Source: Alphaproteobacteria bacterium
Lineage (GTDB): Bacteria > Pseudomonadota > Alphaproteobacteria > MPNO01 > UBA830
Assembly (NCBI GenBank): GCA_965243135.1
Contig: OZ251539.1
Location: 3,456,001 to 3,520,000 of the forward strand
Length of the DNA stretch: 64,000 bases
Reading direction: 5' to 3'
Below, piece by piece: positions 1-9,302 of this stretch (position 1 is the first letter of the stretch; each line of letters opens with the position of its first letter). The position numbers and the translations under genes are program-made. The notes under the pieces were generated by a model. That model was given only the letters and a program-made list of their open reading frames with translations, made no database searches and was not told the origin of the DNA.

Positions 1-13
1 GCGCCGCTCGCCG

Positions 14-137
14 ACATAACCGTTCCGCGTTCGGGCGTCGCGGCGTGAAGACAGGGCTATACGGGGCAGCCCTCAGCGTCACGCTCCTCTCGAACGGCCA
101 GCGCCGCCGCGAAAAAAATCTCGCGGAACGGTTTTGT
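14..137. repeat. Long imperfect inverted repeat / hairpin (attC-like ends)
   Basis: ACATAACCGTTCCGCG (14-29) is the reverse complement of CGCGGAACGGTTTTGT (122-137) with 1 mismatch; inner stems GCGTGA/TCACGC and AGGGCT/AGCCCT. Confidence 0.5.
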
Positions 138-148
138 GTGGCCGGCAG

Positions 149-318
149 ATTGGGTTAGTTACACAGCAAATAATGGCTGTTCTCGGCGTCGCTAGTCGCA
201 AGCACTTCAGGAAGCGTTATCCCCGCGCCAGCATCTCCGCCATGGCAAATCTGAAAAGTCTTGAGCGCCCGACCAACGCTATGTCGTCACCCAAGCAGGC
301 GCTGCACTCAATGTTCGC
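149..318 (+). pseudogene. Decayed copy of the 3' end (Fic-like C-terminal HTH) of the 967-2787 gene
   Basis: IMAVLGVASRKHFRKRY vs IMAALGVANRGHFKKHY; DNA similarity to 2473-2487 and 2606-2769, with indels. Confidence 0.8.
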
Positions 319-745
319 TGATTCGGACAGGGGTTGAGCAGACGACGCACGGCGCGACAGGGCGAGGTCGAACGCGACCAAGCCGACGAAGCGGCCGTGA
401 CGGATGCGTTCTTTCGCAGGAGCATGGCGAAGACGGTACGCATGCACGGGTGCGCTCGTCTCCCGGCGGCGCTCGACTGGTGCATCTGCGTATGCTCGAC
501 GCCGCCGCATCTCTTCGGTACCCGGCCGGCAACGGCGGGCGAACGTTCGGGTGTCGATCTAGCAACGTAAACGGCGATCACGTTCGTGGTTCATTCGATA
601 ACGGAAAGCTGCTATATTTACATGGTCGCCCATGCTGTGCATTTTCGCATGATGGCGAGAGCCGTGCCGTAGGAGTTCGGAAAGACCATGACGACCGACC
701 ACTGGTTGGATAGCGGCAAGACGAGCCAGCGAGACGTTCGGGGAA

Positions 746-960
746 ATGGCGCAACGCGGCGGCTCTCCGAGCGGGTGATCGAGATGATTGAGCGAGTGGG
801 AAGCCGCTACCACCGGCTTGTCCTGGTCAAAGTGGCACCGACCGCCGACAAGATGCGGGCGGCCCTCCTCGACAGTGGATCGCCTGCCAGCTCTGGACGC
901 TGCCCGGGCGGGCTCGCCAAGCGGAGGGAGCCGGACAAGGTCCAGCTGCTGCTGGAGTAG
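746..960 (+). pseudogene. BREX-3 brxF N-terminus fused to brxC (DUF6079) C-terminus, deletion scar
   Basis: LSERVIEMIERVGSRYHRLVL resembles the BrxF start; LVKV...RAALL..GSPA...LAKRREPDKVQLLLE* resembles the BrxC end; ATG at 746 is out of frame with the rest. Confidence 0.7.
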
Positions 961-966
961 GAGGCG

Positions 967-2787
967 ATGGAGCGTGAAGAACTCATCCGACGCATCGATG
1001 GGTATGAATGGAATGATATCGAGTTCAAGGAGGCGCGACGTGGCGTCCCGAAGAACGCCTACGAAACGGTTTCCGCCTTCGCGAACACCAAGGGAGGCTG
1101 GCTGGTCTTCGGCGTCCAGGACAATGTGGACGGTTTCGAGATTGTCGGCGTCCTAGAGGTAGACAAAGTTCAAAACGACTTTCTGAGCGTCCTCCGCTCC
1201 GGTCAGAAGCTGAACTGTGTTGTAAATGCTGACGAAAAGCTGATCGAGAACGACGGTAGGACGCTTCTCGTTTTTCATATCCCCGAGGCGCGTCGCCAAG
1301 ACAAGCCGATTTATCTCAATGGTGATATCACAAGATCATTCATCCGCCGCGGTGCCAGCGACGAGCGCTGCACGCTGCCAGAGATCGAGCGGATGCTGCG
1401 CGACGCCTCGGACGAACGCTATGAAGGGAAAATCGTCGACCTCGATCCCGAACGATGCTTCGACGACGAGTCCCTGCGGTGGTATCGAAAGCGGTTCGAG
1501 GAGCGGATTACAGATCAAGACGACTCGTTGTCGAATTTGGAGTTCCTGCAACATTGGGGACTCGTCGTCGAAGCCAATGGCAAGCTTTTGCCGAAACTCG
1601 CGGCGATCCTTCTGTTTGGTGCCAACCCCTCGTTTCGCCAAATACTGCCCCGCCCCGTCGTGGACTGCCAATGGTATCGCGGCGACTGGTCGAAAGATTT
1701 GCCGGAGGAGCGCTGGGCCAACCGTCTGGTGATCGAGACCAACCTTGTGAAGACATGGAGGGCGCTCATAAACGACTATCTGCAGCGTGCGGAAAAGCCC
1801 TTCTCCGTCGACCCCGAAACCCTTCAGCGGCAAGACCGACCGCCAGATTACGTTGCCTTTCGAGAAGCCGCAATAAACTTGTTGATTCATCAAGACTACG
1901 CCGACCACAGGTGCAAGCCTGTGATCCGGTTCTTCGACAACCTCACGCTGCTGTGGAACCCAGGTGACGCCTTCGCATCAACAGAGGAACTCATGAACCC
2001 CGGGGAACGGGAAGTTCGCAACCCCATGATCGTCGCTGCCTTCCGCCGTGTTGGTTTAAGCGAGCAGGCGGGAACCGGCATTCGCGCGATTTTCGCCATC
2101 TGGCGGCGGCTCGGACGCGTTCCACCAGTCGTCGAAAACGATAGGACGCGAAAAGCTTTCCAGCTGACCCTCTTTAAGGATGAACTCCTGTCCGAAGAAC
2201 AGATGTTGTTCCAAGCCGGCCTCGGTGTCCACCTTGACGAGACCGAGGCCAAGGCATTCGCCTTCGTTTGTCGGAAAAGGAAAGCGACTCGTTCGCAACT
2301 TAGAGACGTGACTGGGCTCTCCGAGCCGGACACCGCCGCGGTTGCAGAGCGGCTAGCAGCCCAGAAGCTGATCGAGCTTGCCGAAAACGGTGGTCGTTAC
2401 GCGCTTGCAGATCCCGTGAGGGAGCGCCTCGACCGAACCGATCAAGTCGGTGACCGAGTCGACGCGAACGGCATTGGCTTAGCCACTAACTCCGTCGACC
2501 ACACATCGGGGAACTTGTCCACCACACAAGTCGAACCGCTGACCGAGCTGTCGGAGACACATTGGATGATCGTGGAGCACTGCGATGTACCGCGCCGCCT
2601 GACGGAAATAATGGCCGCCCTTGGCGTCGCCAATCGCGGTCACTTCAAAAAACATTATCTGGATCCTTTGATCCACGCTGGCATCGTGGCCATGACGAAC
2701 CCCGAAAAGCCACGGGCGCCCGACCAACGCTACGTCGTCACCGACGCGGGCGCCGCACTCAAGGCCCGCCATGCGCACGGGAACTGA
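967..2787 (+). CDS. AlbA_2/Schlafen-domain protein with RecG-C (HATPase_c_4)-like region and C-terminal HTH/Fic-C
   Basis: E...IEFKEA, YETVSAFANTKGGWLVFGV, REAAINLLIHQDY, RNP..AAFRRVG.SEQAGTG; RBS GGAGG upstream. Confidence 0.85.
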   Translation: MEREELIRRIDGYEWNDIEFKEARRGVPKNAYETVSAFANTKGGWLVFGVQDNVDGFEIVGVLEVDKVQNDFLSVLRSGQKLNCVVNADEKLIENDGRTLLVFHIPEARRQDKPIYLNGDITRSFIRRGASDERCTLPEIERMLRDASDERYEGKIVDLDPERCFDDESLRWYRKRFEERITDQDDSLSNLEFLQHWGLVVEANGKLLPKLAAILLFGANPSFRQILPRPVVDCQWYRGDWSKDLPEERWANRLVIETNLVKTWRALINDYLQRAEKPFSVDPETLQRQDRPPDYVAFREAAINLLIHQDYADHRCKPVIRFFDNLTLLWNPGDAFASTEELMNPGEREVRNPMIVAAFRRVGLSEQAGTGIRAIFAIWRRLGRVPPVVENDRTRKAFQLTLFKDELLSEEQMLFQAGLGVHLDETEAKAFAFVCRKRKATRSQLRDVTGLSEPDTAAVAERLAAQKLIELAENGGRYALADPVRERLDRTDQVGDRVDANGIGLATNSVDHTSGNLSTTQVEPLTELSETHWMIVEHCDVPRRLTEIMAALGVANRGHFKKHYLDPLIHAGIVAMTNPEKPRAPDQRYVVTDAGAALKARHAHGN

Positions 2788-2791
2788 CCGG

Positions 2792-5785
2792 ATGGCGCGA
2801 AGCAAAGCGGACCGCCGGACCGGTCGGCTGTTCAGGCATCCTTCGGGGCAGAGCGAAATGTTCGAGAAGTCCCGCGAGGAGTTGGCGAACGCCGAGCGCA
2901 GGCCGCCGGTGGAATGCCTAGGGCTGACCTTCGAGGACGAAGACGCCCGCCGCGCCCATTTTCTCGCCGAACTCCAGAAAGGGCTGGAGGACCTGCATGC
3001 CAAACTCGCTGGCGTTCCCTTTTCCAGCGTCGACGACGCGACAGCTCGCATGGCGGCGATAGAACACTGGCCAATGGGCAACGAAGCGCATCTTCGCGCC
3101 CTTGCCGAGCATATGGCGCACGCCGAACAGTCTAGGGACCTGTTGCAACGCTGGAAGGACGAGGTCGGGTTTCCCGACGGCGCGATCGACGACATCTTGG
3201 CTCTTTCCGACCCGCCTTGGCACACTGCCTGTCCGAACCCATTCTTGGGCGCGTTCGTTGAGACGCACGGCAGATCCTACGATCCGGCCGAGGATTATCG
3301 CCGCAAGCCCTTCGCGGTCGATGTCAGCGAAGGCAAGACCCACCCCATCTATCGGGCCCACGGCTATCATACCAAAGTGCCGCATCTGGCGATCGTGCCC
3401 CTGATTCTCCATTACACGGAGCCCGGCGATCTGGTGTTGGACGGGTTCGCCGGCTCCGGGATGGCCGGCGTCGCCGCGCAGTGGTGCGGAACCGCGCCTG
3501 ACAGTTACCGGAAAACCCTGGAAACGCAGTGGACAGCGGAGGGATTCGGCAAACCAAAATGGGGCACTCGGCGTGCGATCCTGAACGACTTGTCTCCAGC
3601 CGCTGGCTTCATCGCTGCCAATTACACCCTGCCCTTCGACATCGATACCTTCGCCGAGGCCGCCTGTGCGCTGCTCGACGAGGTAGAGGAAGAGTTCGGT
3701 TGGATGTACCAGACCAAGCACATCGACGGGAAGACCAAAGGACGGATCGACTACACCGTCTGGAGCGAGGTGTTCTCCTGCCCCGAATGTGCAGAGGAGG
3801 TCGTCTTTGTCGACCACGCTTTGGATGAGAGAACGGGTCGCGTAAAGGATGTATTTTCCTGCCCGCATTGTAATTGCGAGCTTACCAAGCGACGATTGGA
3901 GCGCCTTTACGAATTACACTTCGATCCGTCCACCGACTCAACAATCCGAATTCCAAAGCGTAAGCCGGTTCTGGTGGCTTACTCATTAAGTGGAGTGGCA
4001 TACAGAAAGAAGGTGGACGCCTATGATTCGAAAACTCTCGAACGGATCGCCCAGCTACCCTTGCCTCTGGAAGTGCCGATCGATCCGATCCCCCCCATGC
4101 ATATGACACACCAACACGCTCGCATGGACCACTTTGGAATTAGCCATATTCACCACTTCTTCCTGCCCCGCGCAGCGCACACCCTAGCGGCGATGTGGCG
4201 TCGGGCCAACGCTCACCCCGATTCCCGCGTTCGCCGTATGCTCCTTTACTTCGTCGAGCAGGCCATCTGGGGAATGTCGATTCTCAACCGTTATGGCCCC
4301 ACTCACTATTCGCAAGTCAACCGTCAACTCACTGGCGTCTACTATGTCGCGTCGCAAATTTCCGAGGTTTCTCCCCGATACAATCTTGGGAATAAGCTGG
4401 CCCAGCTGACCAGGGCGTTCGATGGAGAAAGCGCCCAGCGAACGTCTTCATGTATCGTGACCTTGGGCACAACCACATATCTGGGGATTCCCGATAACTC
4501 TGTCGACTACATCTTCACCGATCCGCCGTTCGGCGAAAACATCTACTACGCGGATCTCAACTTCTTGGTCGAATCTTGGCATCGCGTGCTGACCAACGCC
4601 GCCCCGGAAGCCATCGTCGACCGCTTCAAGGGCAAGGACCTGCCCGAGTACCAGCGACTGATGCAGCGCTGCTTCGAGGAATATGGGCGCGTGCTCAAGC
4701 CAGGACATTGGATCACCGTCGCCTTCCACAACTCCCGCAACGCCGTCTGGACTGCGATCCAGGAAGCTTTGCTCACGGCCGGTTTCATCGTCGCCGATGT
4801 GCGCACGATGGACAAGCAACAAGGCTTGTTCAAACAGGTCACCAGCACTGCGGTCAAGCAGGATCTTGTGATCTCCGCCTACAAACCCAACGACGGTCTG
4901 GAGGAACGCTTCGCCCTTGAGCAGGGAGCCGAGGACGGCGTTTGGGATTTCGTCCGTACCCATCTCGGCCAGCTTCCCGTATTCGTTCGCAAGGATGGCT
5001 GCGTGGAGATCGTCGCAGAACGCCAGCCGTATATGCTTTTCGACCGCATGGTGGCCTTCCACGTGCTGCGCAACGTGACCGTCCCGCTCTCGATTGGCGA
5101 GTTCCTTTCTGGCGTCGCTCGGCGCTTCCCCGAACGCGACAGCATGGCGTTCCTCCCCGATCAGGTCGCCGAATACGACAGGAAGCGCACGGCGGTCGAG
5201 GACGTGGCGCAGCTCGAAATCTTCGTCGTCGACGAAGCCTCGGCTATCCAGTGGCTCAAGCGGCATCTGGGACGGAAGCCGCAGAGCTTCCAGGATGTCC
5301 ACCCGCAATTCCTGCGCGAGGTCGCTAGCTGGCGGAAACACGAAAAATTGCCCAAGCTTTCCGAAATGCTGGAGCAGAACTTCCTGCGCTACGATGGCGT
5401 AGTTGAAGTCCCCAGCCAAATCCATGGTTACCTCTCCACCAACTTCAAGGAACTGCGCAATCTCGCCAAGGACCACCCGGCCTTGCGCAACAAGGCGAAG
5501 CACCGCTGGTACGTCCCCGACCCCAACAAGGCGGCCGATATGGAGAAACGCCGCACCAGCGCCTTGCTGCGCGAGTTCGAGGAATACCGCCACTCCCCGC
5601 AAAAGCGACTCAAGCTCTTCCGCCTCGAGGCCATGCGCGCCGGTTTCTTCAAGGCCTACCAAGACCAAGATTACGACACCATCAAGAAGGTCGCGGAAAA
5701 AATCCCGGAAACCGTTCTTCAGGAAGACCCTAAGCTCCTGTTCTGGTACGATCAGGCGCTAATTCGCACGGGAGCAGCAGTATGA
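2792..5785 (+). CDS. pglXI: BREX type 3 DNA methyltransferase (PglXI-like)
   Basis: AHGYHTKVPH, motif I VLDGFAGSG, CPEC/CPHC zinc pairs, motif IV DPPF; flanked by brxC and pglZ relics; start could also be 2858. Confidence 0.8.
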   Translation: MARSKADRRTGRLFRHPSGQSEMFEKSREELANAERRPPVECLGLTFEDEDARRAHFLAELQKGLEDLHAKLAGVPFSSVDDATARMAAIEHWPMGNEAHLRALAEHMAHAEQSRDLLQRWKDEVGFPDGAIDDILALSDPPWHTACPNPFLGAFVETHGRSYDPAEDYRRKPFAVDVSEGKTHPIYRAHGYHTKVPHLAIVPLILHYTEPGDLVLDGFAGSGMAGVAAQWCGTAPDSYRKTLETQWTAEGFGKPKWGTRRAILNDLSPAAGFIAANYTLPFDIDTFAEAACALLDEVEEEFGWMYQTKHIDGKTKGRIDYTVWSEVFSCPECAEEVVFVDHALDERTGRVKDVFSCPHCNCELTKRRLERLYELHFDPSTDSTIRIPKRKPVLVAYSLSGVAYRKKVDAYDSKTLERIAQLPLPLEVPIDPIPPMHMTHQHARMDHFGISHIHHFFLPRAAHTLAAMWRRANAHPDSRVRRMLLYFVEQAIWGMSILNRYGPTHYSQVNRQLTGVYYVASQISEVSPRYNLGNKLAQLTRAFDGESAQRTSSCIVTLGTTTYLGIPDNSVDYIFTDPPFGENIYYADLNFLVESWHRVLTNAAPEAIVDRFKGKDLPEYQRLMQRCFEEYGRVLKPGHWITVAFHNSRNAVWTAIQEALLTAGFIVADVRTMDKQQGLFKQVTSTAVKQDLVISAYKPNDGLEERFALEQGAEDGVWDFVRTHLGQLPVFVRKDGCVEIVAERQPYMLFDRMVAFHVLRNVTVPLSIGEFLSGVARRFPERDSMAFLPDQVAEYDRKRTAVEDVAQLEIFVVDEASAIQWLKRHLGRKPQSFQDVHPQFLREVASWRKHEKLPKLSEMLEQNFLRYDGVVEVPSQIHGYLSTNFKELRNLAKDHPALRNKAKHRWYVPDPNKAADMEKRRTSALLREFEEYRHSPQKRLKLFRLEAMRAGFFKAYQDQDYDTIKKVAEKIPETVLQEDPKLLFWYDQALIRTGAAV

Positions 5786-6798
5786 CGATCACGAGAGTGA
5801 AGCTGGAGCGGTTCACGGCCTTCGAATCGTTCGACTTCAAGCCGTCGCTTGGAATCAACGTCCTCGTCGGCGCAAACGGGACTGGCAAGACACATCTCAT
5901 GAAGGTTGCCTACGCGGCTTGCGACGTCAGCAAGACAGGGGTCGGATTCGCGGAGAAGCTCGTCCGGGTCTTCATGCCGTCCAACGATGGTATCGGGCGC
6001 CTCGTCAAACGACGCAAGGGAAGTTCGGAATGCAACGTCGTGGTTTCCCGTGGTCGGCAGCAACTGCAGGCTTCGTTCTCCGATCATGCAGTTGTCGCGG
6101 CTTCGGCCAAGGTCACGGAAACGAAGGCGTGGCAGGCCGATCCGGTTGAGAGCGTCTATATCCCGGTGAAGGAGATGCTCGCCAACGCGCCCGGGTTTCT
6201 GTCTCTCTATGATCAACGTGATATTCAATTTGAAGAAATTTACAAAGACATTCTCGTTCACGCATACCGGCCGCCTTTGCGTGAACCAGCCCCTGCCGAG
6301 CGCAAGAAATTACTCATCGTTCTACAGAAAGCAATTGATGGAAAAGTCAGCGCGAAAAACGAAGAGTTCTTTCTTCGCAACAAGCAAGGAAATCTGGAGT
6401 TCTCGTTGCTCGCCGAAGGGATGCGCAAGCTCGGCCTCTTGTGGCTGTTGATCCAGAATGGAACGCTGCCTGAAGGCTCCGTGCTGTTCTGGGACGAACC
6501 GGAAACCAACCTCAATCCCAAGCTGTTCGGAACAGTGATCGAAGTCCTGCTGGAGCTCCAACGCTTGGGGGTTCAGATATTTATCGGTACCCACGATTAT
6601 GGCATACTCAAGGAGCTGGATTTACAAAAGAAGAAAGAGGACGATCTCACATTCCATGCCTTCTTTCGCGAGAATGGAGAGATCGCCTGCAAGCCGGTCA
6701 ATACTTACCATTCTATCCATCCCAACGCCATCGCCGAAGCCTTCGCCGACCAGTATGACCGCGAGGTCCAGCGCGCTCTGTCGGGAAGTGAAAAATGA
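5782..6798 (+). CDS. ABC-type (AAA_15/AAA_21) ATPase
   Basis: Walker A GANGTGKT, signature-like LAEGMRK, Walker B WDEPETNLNP, H-loop GTHDY; ATGA overlap with the methylase. Confidence 0.9.
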   Translation: MTITRVKLERFTAFESFDFKPSLGINVLVGANGTGKTHLMKVAYAACDVSKTGVGFAEKLVRVFMPSNDGIGRLVKRRKGSSECNVVVSRGRQQLQASFSDHAVVAASAKVTETKAWQADPVESVYIPVKEMLANAPGFLSLYDQRDIQFEEIYKDILVHAYRPPLREPAPAERKKLLIVLQKAIDGKVSAKNEEFFLRNKQGNLEFSLLAEGMRKLGLLWLLIQNGTLPEGSVLFWDEPETNLNPKLFGTVIEVLLELQRLGVQIFIGTHDYGILKELDLQKKKEDDLTFHAFFRENGEIACKPVNTYHSIHPNAIAEAFADQYDREVQRALSGSEK

Positions 6799-7301
6799 AG
6801 GAGTTCACCGAGGGAAATCTTCGGATCACGTTTCCCCGCACGGTAAACGCACGAAAATTTGACGAGCCCGCGACGCATGGCTTGTCCAACTGCATGAAGG
6901 CCGTGGATTTCATCGTTGAGGATGATGATCGGATATCGTTCATCGAAATCAAAAATCCAGACCACCCGCGTGCAAAACAAGCCAATAGAAAAAAATTCAT
7001 CGACGAGTTTTTTTCCGGACGTCTAGATGAAGACTTGAAGTACAAATATCGAGATTCTTTCCTTTATCAATGGGCAACTCACGGAGTTGAAAAACCCGTC
7101 AATTATTGGGTCATTATCGCCTTGGACACGCTGACGGAACGTCAACTCAGTATGAGAACGGACGACTTGAAAAACAAGCTTCCCCTGAACGGACCGCCAT
7201 CCGGAGAATGGACGCGGCCGATCGCTGCAGACTGCATGGTGTTCAACGTCCAGACATGGAACAAATACCAGCGGCGCTTCCCGTTGTCGCGCATTCAATA
7301 G
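6795..7301 (+). CDS. Hypothetical protein, putative PD-(D/E)xK nuclease
   Basis: AVDFIVEDDDRISFIEIK (D...ExK); ATGA overlap with the ATPase. Confidence 0.6.
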   Translation: MKEFTEGNLRITFPRTVNARKFDEPATHGLSNCMKAVDFIVEDDDRISFIEIKNPDHPRAKQANRKKFIDEFFSGRLDEDLKYKYRDSFLYQWATHGVEKPVNYWVIIALDTLTERQLSMRTDDLKNKLPLNGPPSGEWTRPIAADCMVFNVQTWNKYQRRFPLSRIQ

Positions 7302-7320
7302 CAACCGGGGAGTGTGTCCG

Positions 7321-8453
7321 GTGTCCGACTGGCGCGACCGGATTCTGAAAAAGTTCACGCCGGGCAGTGCGCATCTCACTCTGGCGGCCGATCCTGATGG
7401 ACTGCTGCTGGAAGCGGCGCTTCACGAAACTCTTCGCGAGCGGCGGTTCGAGATCGTCACTTTTGAAGACTCCGTCGCCTTCCGTTTCGACTACGAATCG
7501 CGCTTCCGGTCGCGGCAGGATCGGAGCGAAGACAGCAGCCCTGAAGTCGTCGTGCGAACCGCAAGCCTGGATCTGTCGACGTTTCCCCACGACCTGCTGC
7601 AAACTAGCCGGTCGATTTCCTTCGGCTTGAGCGACCTGTTTCCCAACCTCAACTATCTGATCGTCGCAGCGCTTGACCGAAGCGATCTCGAAGCGCTCCA
7701 CCGTGCACAGGAGCGGTACAAGCCGGTCTAGATCGGAGCCGACGCGACCAAGGATTTTGCGCTGCGGCAGGTTTTCGATATCATGCCCGAGCTCGTCAAG
7801 AATCCGTCCGACCTGTTGCGCGTACTGCTGCGCCGACACTACCTAAGGCGGCGTTTACCGCGCCTCTTTGACGACCGCCTAGCGTGGCTGCTACGATAAG
7901 CTGGCACCTTCGTCTCCTGGCCGGTGGAAACGTCATCCCGAACCGGGACGCCTTCCTTCGGGAACGCTGGCCTCTGTTTCTCGATCGCCTCGCCTGCACC
8001 CAGACAACCGTCTCCTTGCACGACGCGGAAAAGAAGCTCACTTTCGAGATCGAGGGGCCAACGGAACTGCCCTTCGAACACGATGATGTCCGCGTCTATA
8101 TCGACAACCTGTTCGTCGAAGGGATACTGCGCCGTCGCCCACGATTCCGGCAACGCACTCCGCGGCGAATGGGCGGCGATCGGGATTCGCGTCGACGCAG
8201 GCACCGACAGGTTGCGCCGCCTTCGCGGACTCATGGAAACCGTTGGCGATACGATCCCCGGCGCAGAGGTGCACCACCGGGACTGGTTCACGTTCGCATG
8301 GCGCTGGGCTGAACTCCATCTTGTCTTGTTGCAGACCGCCGCCGACGCGAGGATGGGTATGGATGGAAAAGCGCCGAGCTTCGCGCGAAAGTGGACCGAG
8401 CCTTCTTCGAATGGGTCGAACGGCGCTACGCGGGACTCCACAACCAGCCGCCG
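7321..8453 (+). pseudogene. pglZ: BREX-3 phosphatase PglZ, fragmented and 3'-truncated
   Basis: SDWRDRILKKFTP..LTLAADPDGLLLE...AFRFDYESRFR; TAG at 7729; later LPFEHDDVRVYIDNLF and YAGLHNQPP in shifting frames; catalytic C-terminal half absent. Confidence 0.8.
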
Positions 8454-8759
8454 ACCTCGAACGGATCGAAGAGCCCGACCCCCACCCCGACCTGTCTTGG
8501 CTCGATCCGGACGCCAGCCCCGCCGAGGCCAACGCCGGTCGCCTCGCAGCCTGCCGCGCCGACGAGTGGCGTTGCGCGCGGACCGCTTTCCTCGTCGACC
8601 TCGGTCACGGGGGCATGGTCCGGACCGTCGAGAACCCCGGCCCGTGGGGCGGCGACCCGGAGCGTCCCGACCGGGCGTGCGCCGAGGAGGCGCAAACCCT
8701 CGCGTTGCAAACGGATCTGCCCTTCCCTATAAAGCCGCAACCTTCGCGGGAGACATGCG

Positions 8760-8984
8760 ATGAAGAAGGACATTCACCCGGACTACCACGAAATCAACGT
8801 GGTGATGACGGACGGCACGACCTACGCGACCCGATCGACATGGGGCGGCGTCGGCGACACGCTGAAACTCGATATCGACCCGAAATCGCACCCGGCCTGG
8901 ACGGGCGGGTCGCAGCGCCTCGTCGACACCGGCGGACAGGTCGCAAAATTCAACAAGCGCTTCCAGAACATCAAACTCGACTGA
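8760..8984 (+). CDS. rpmE: 50S ribosomal protein L31
   Basis: [12 protein letters not shown]...[13 protein letters not shown]. Confidence 0.97.
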   Translation: MKKDIHPDYHEINVVMTDGTTYATRSTWGGVGDTLKLDIDPKSHPAWTGGSQRLVDTGGQVAKFNKRFQNIKLD

Positions 8985-9028
8985 CCGGCGACTCCGGCGA
9001 AGCCGGTCGACGGCGCCGGGCGAAGGCC

Positions 9029-9208
9029 CTACTTCCGGAACAACGTATCGGCGCCCTCGCGGTGCGCCCGCTTTCGCGCGATCTCCGCGCGGACGCGGAC
9101 GATCTCGACTTCCATCTCCCCGATGTAGTCCTCCAGCTCCTCGATGGACATGGGATCGAGATCCCGTTTGGGTTTGGGTTGCCTGAGAGGCAGGTCGTCG
9201 TTTTCCAT
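9029..9208 (-). CDS. DUF1192 family protein
   Basis: DLDPMSIEELEDYI..E..R.RAEI..K...R..ADTLFR. Confidence 0.85.
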   Translation of the reverse strand: MENDDLPLRQPKPKRDLDPMSIEELEDYIGEMEVEIVRVRAEIARKRAHREGADTLFRK

Positions 9209-9302
9209 CGCCGGTTCCGCCGTTCGCGGTGCTTGCCAGCGCGCGGCTGGTCGGATACATCTTCGACCGTCCGCAGTTCTTGTCAATGTCGCCTCCGTAG
9301 CC

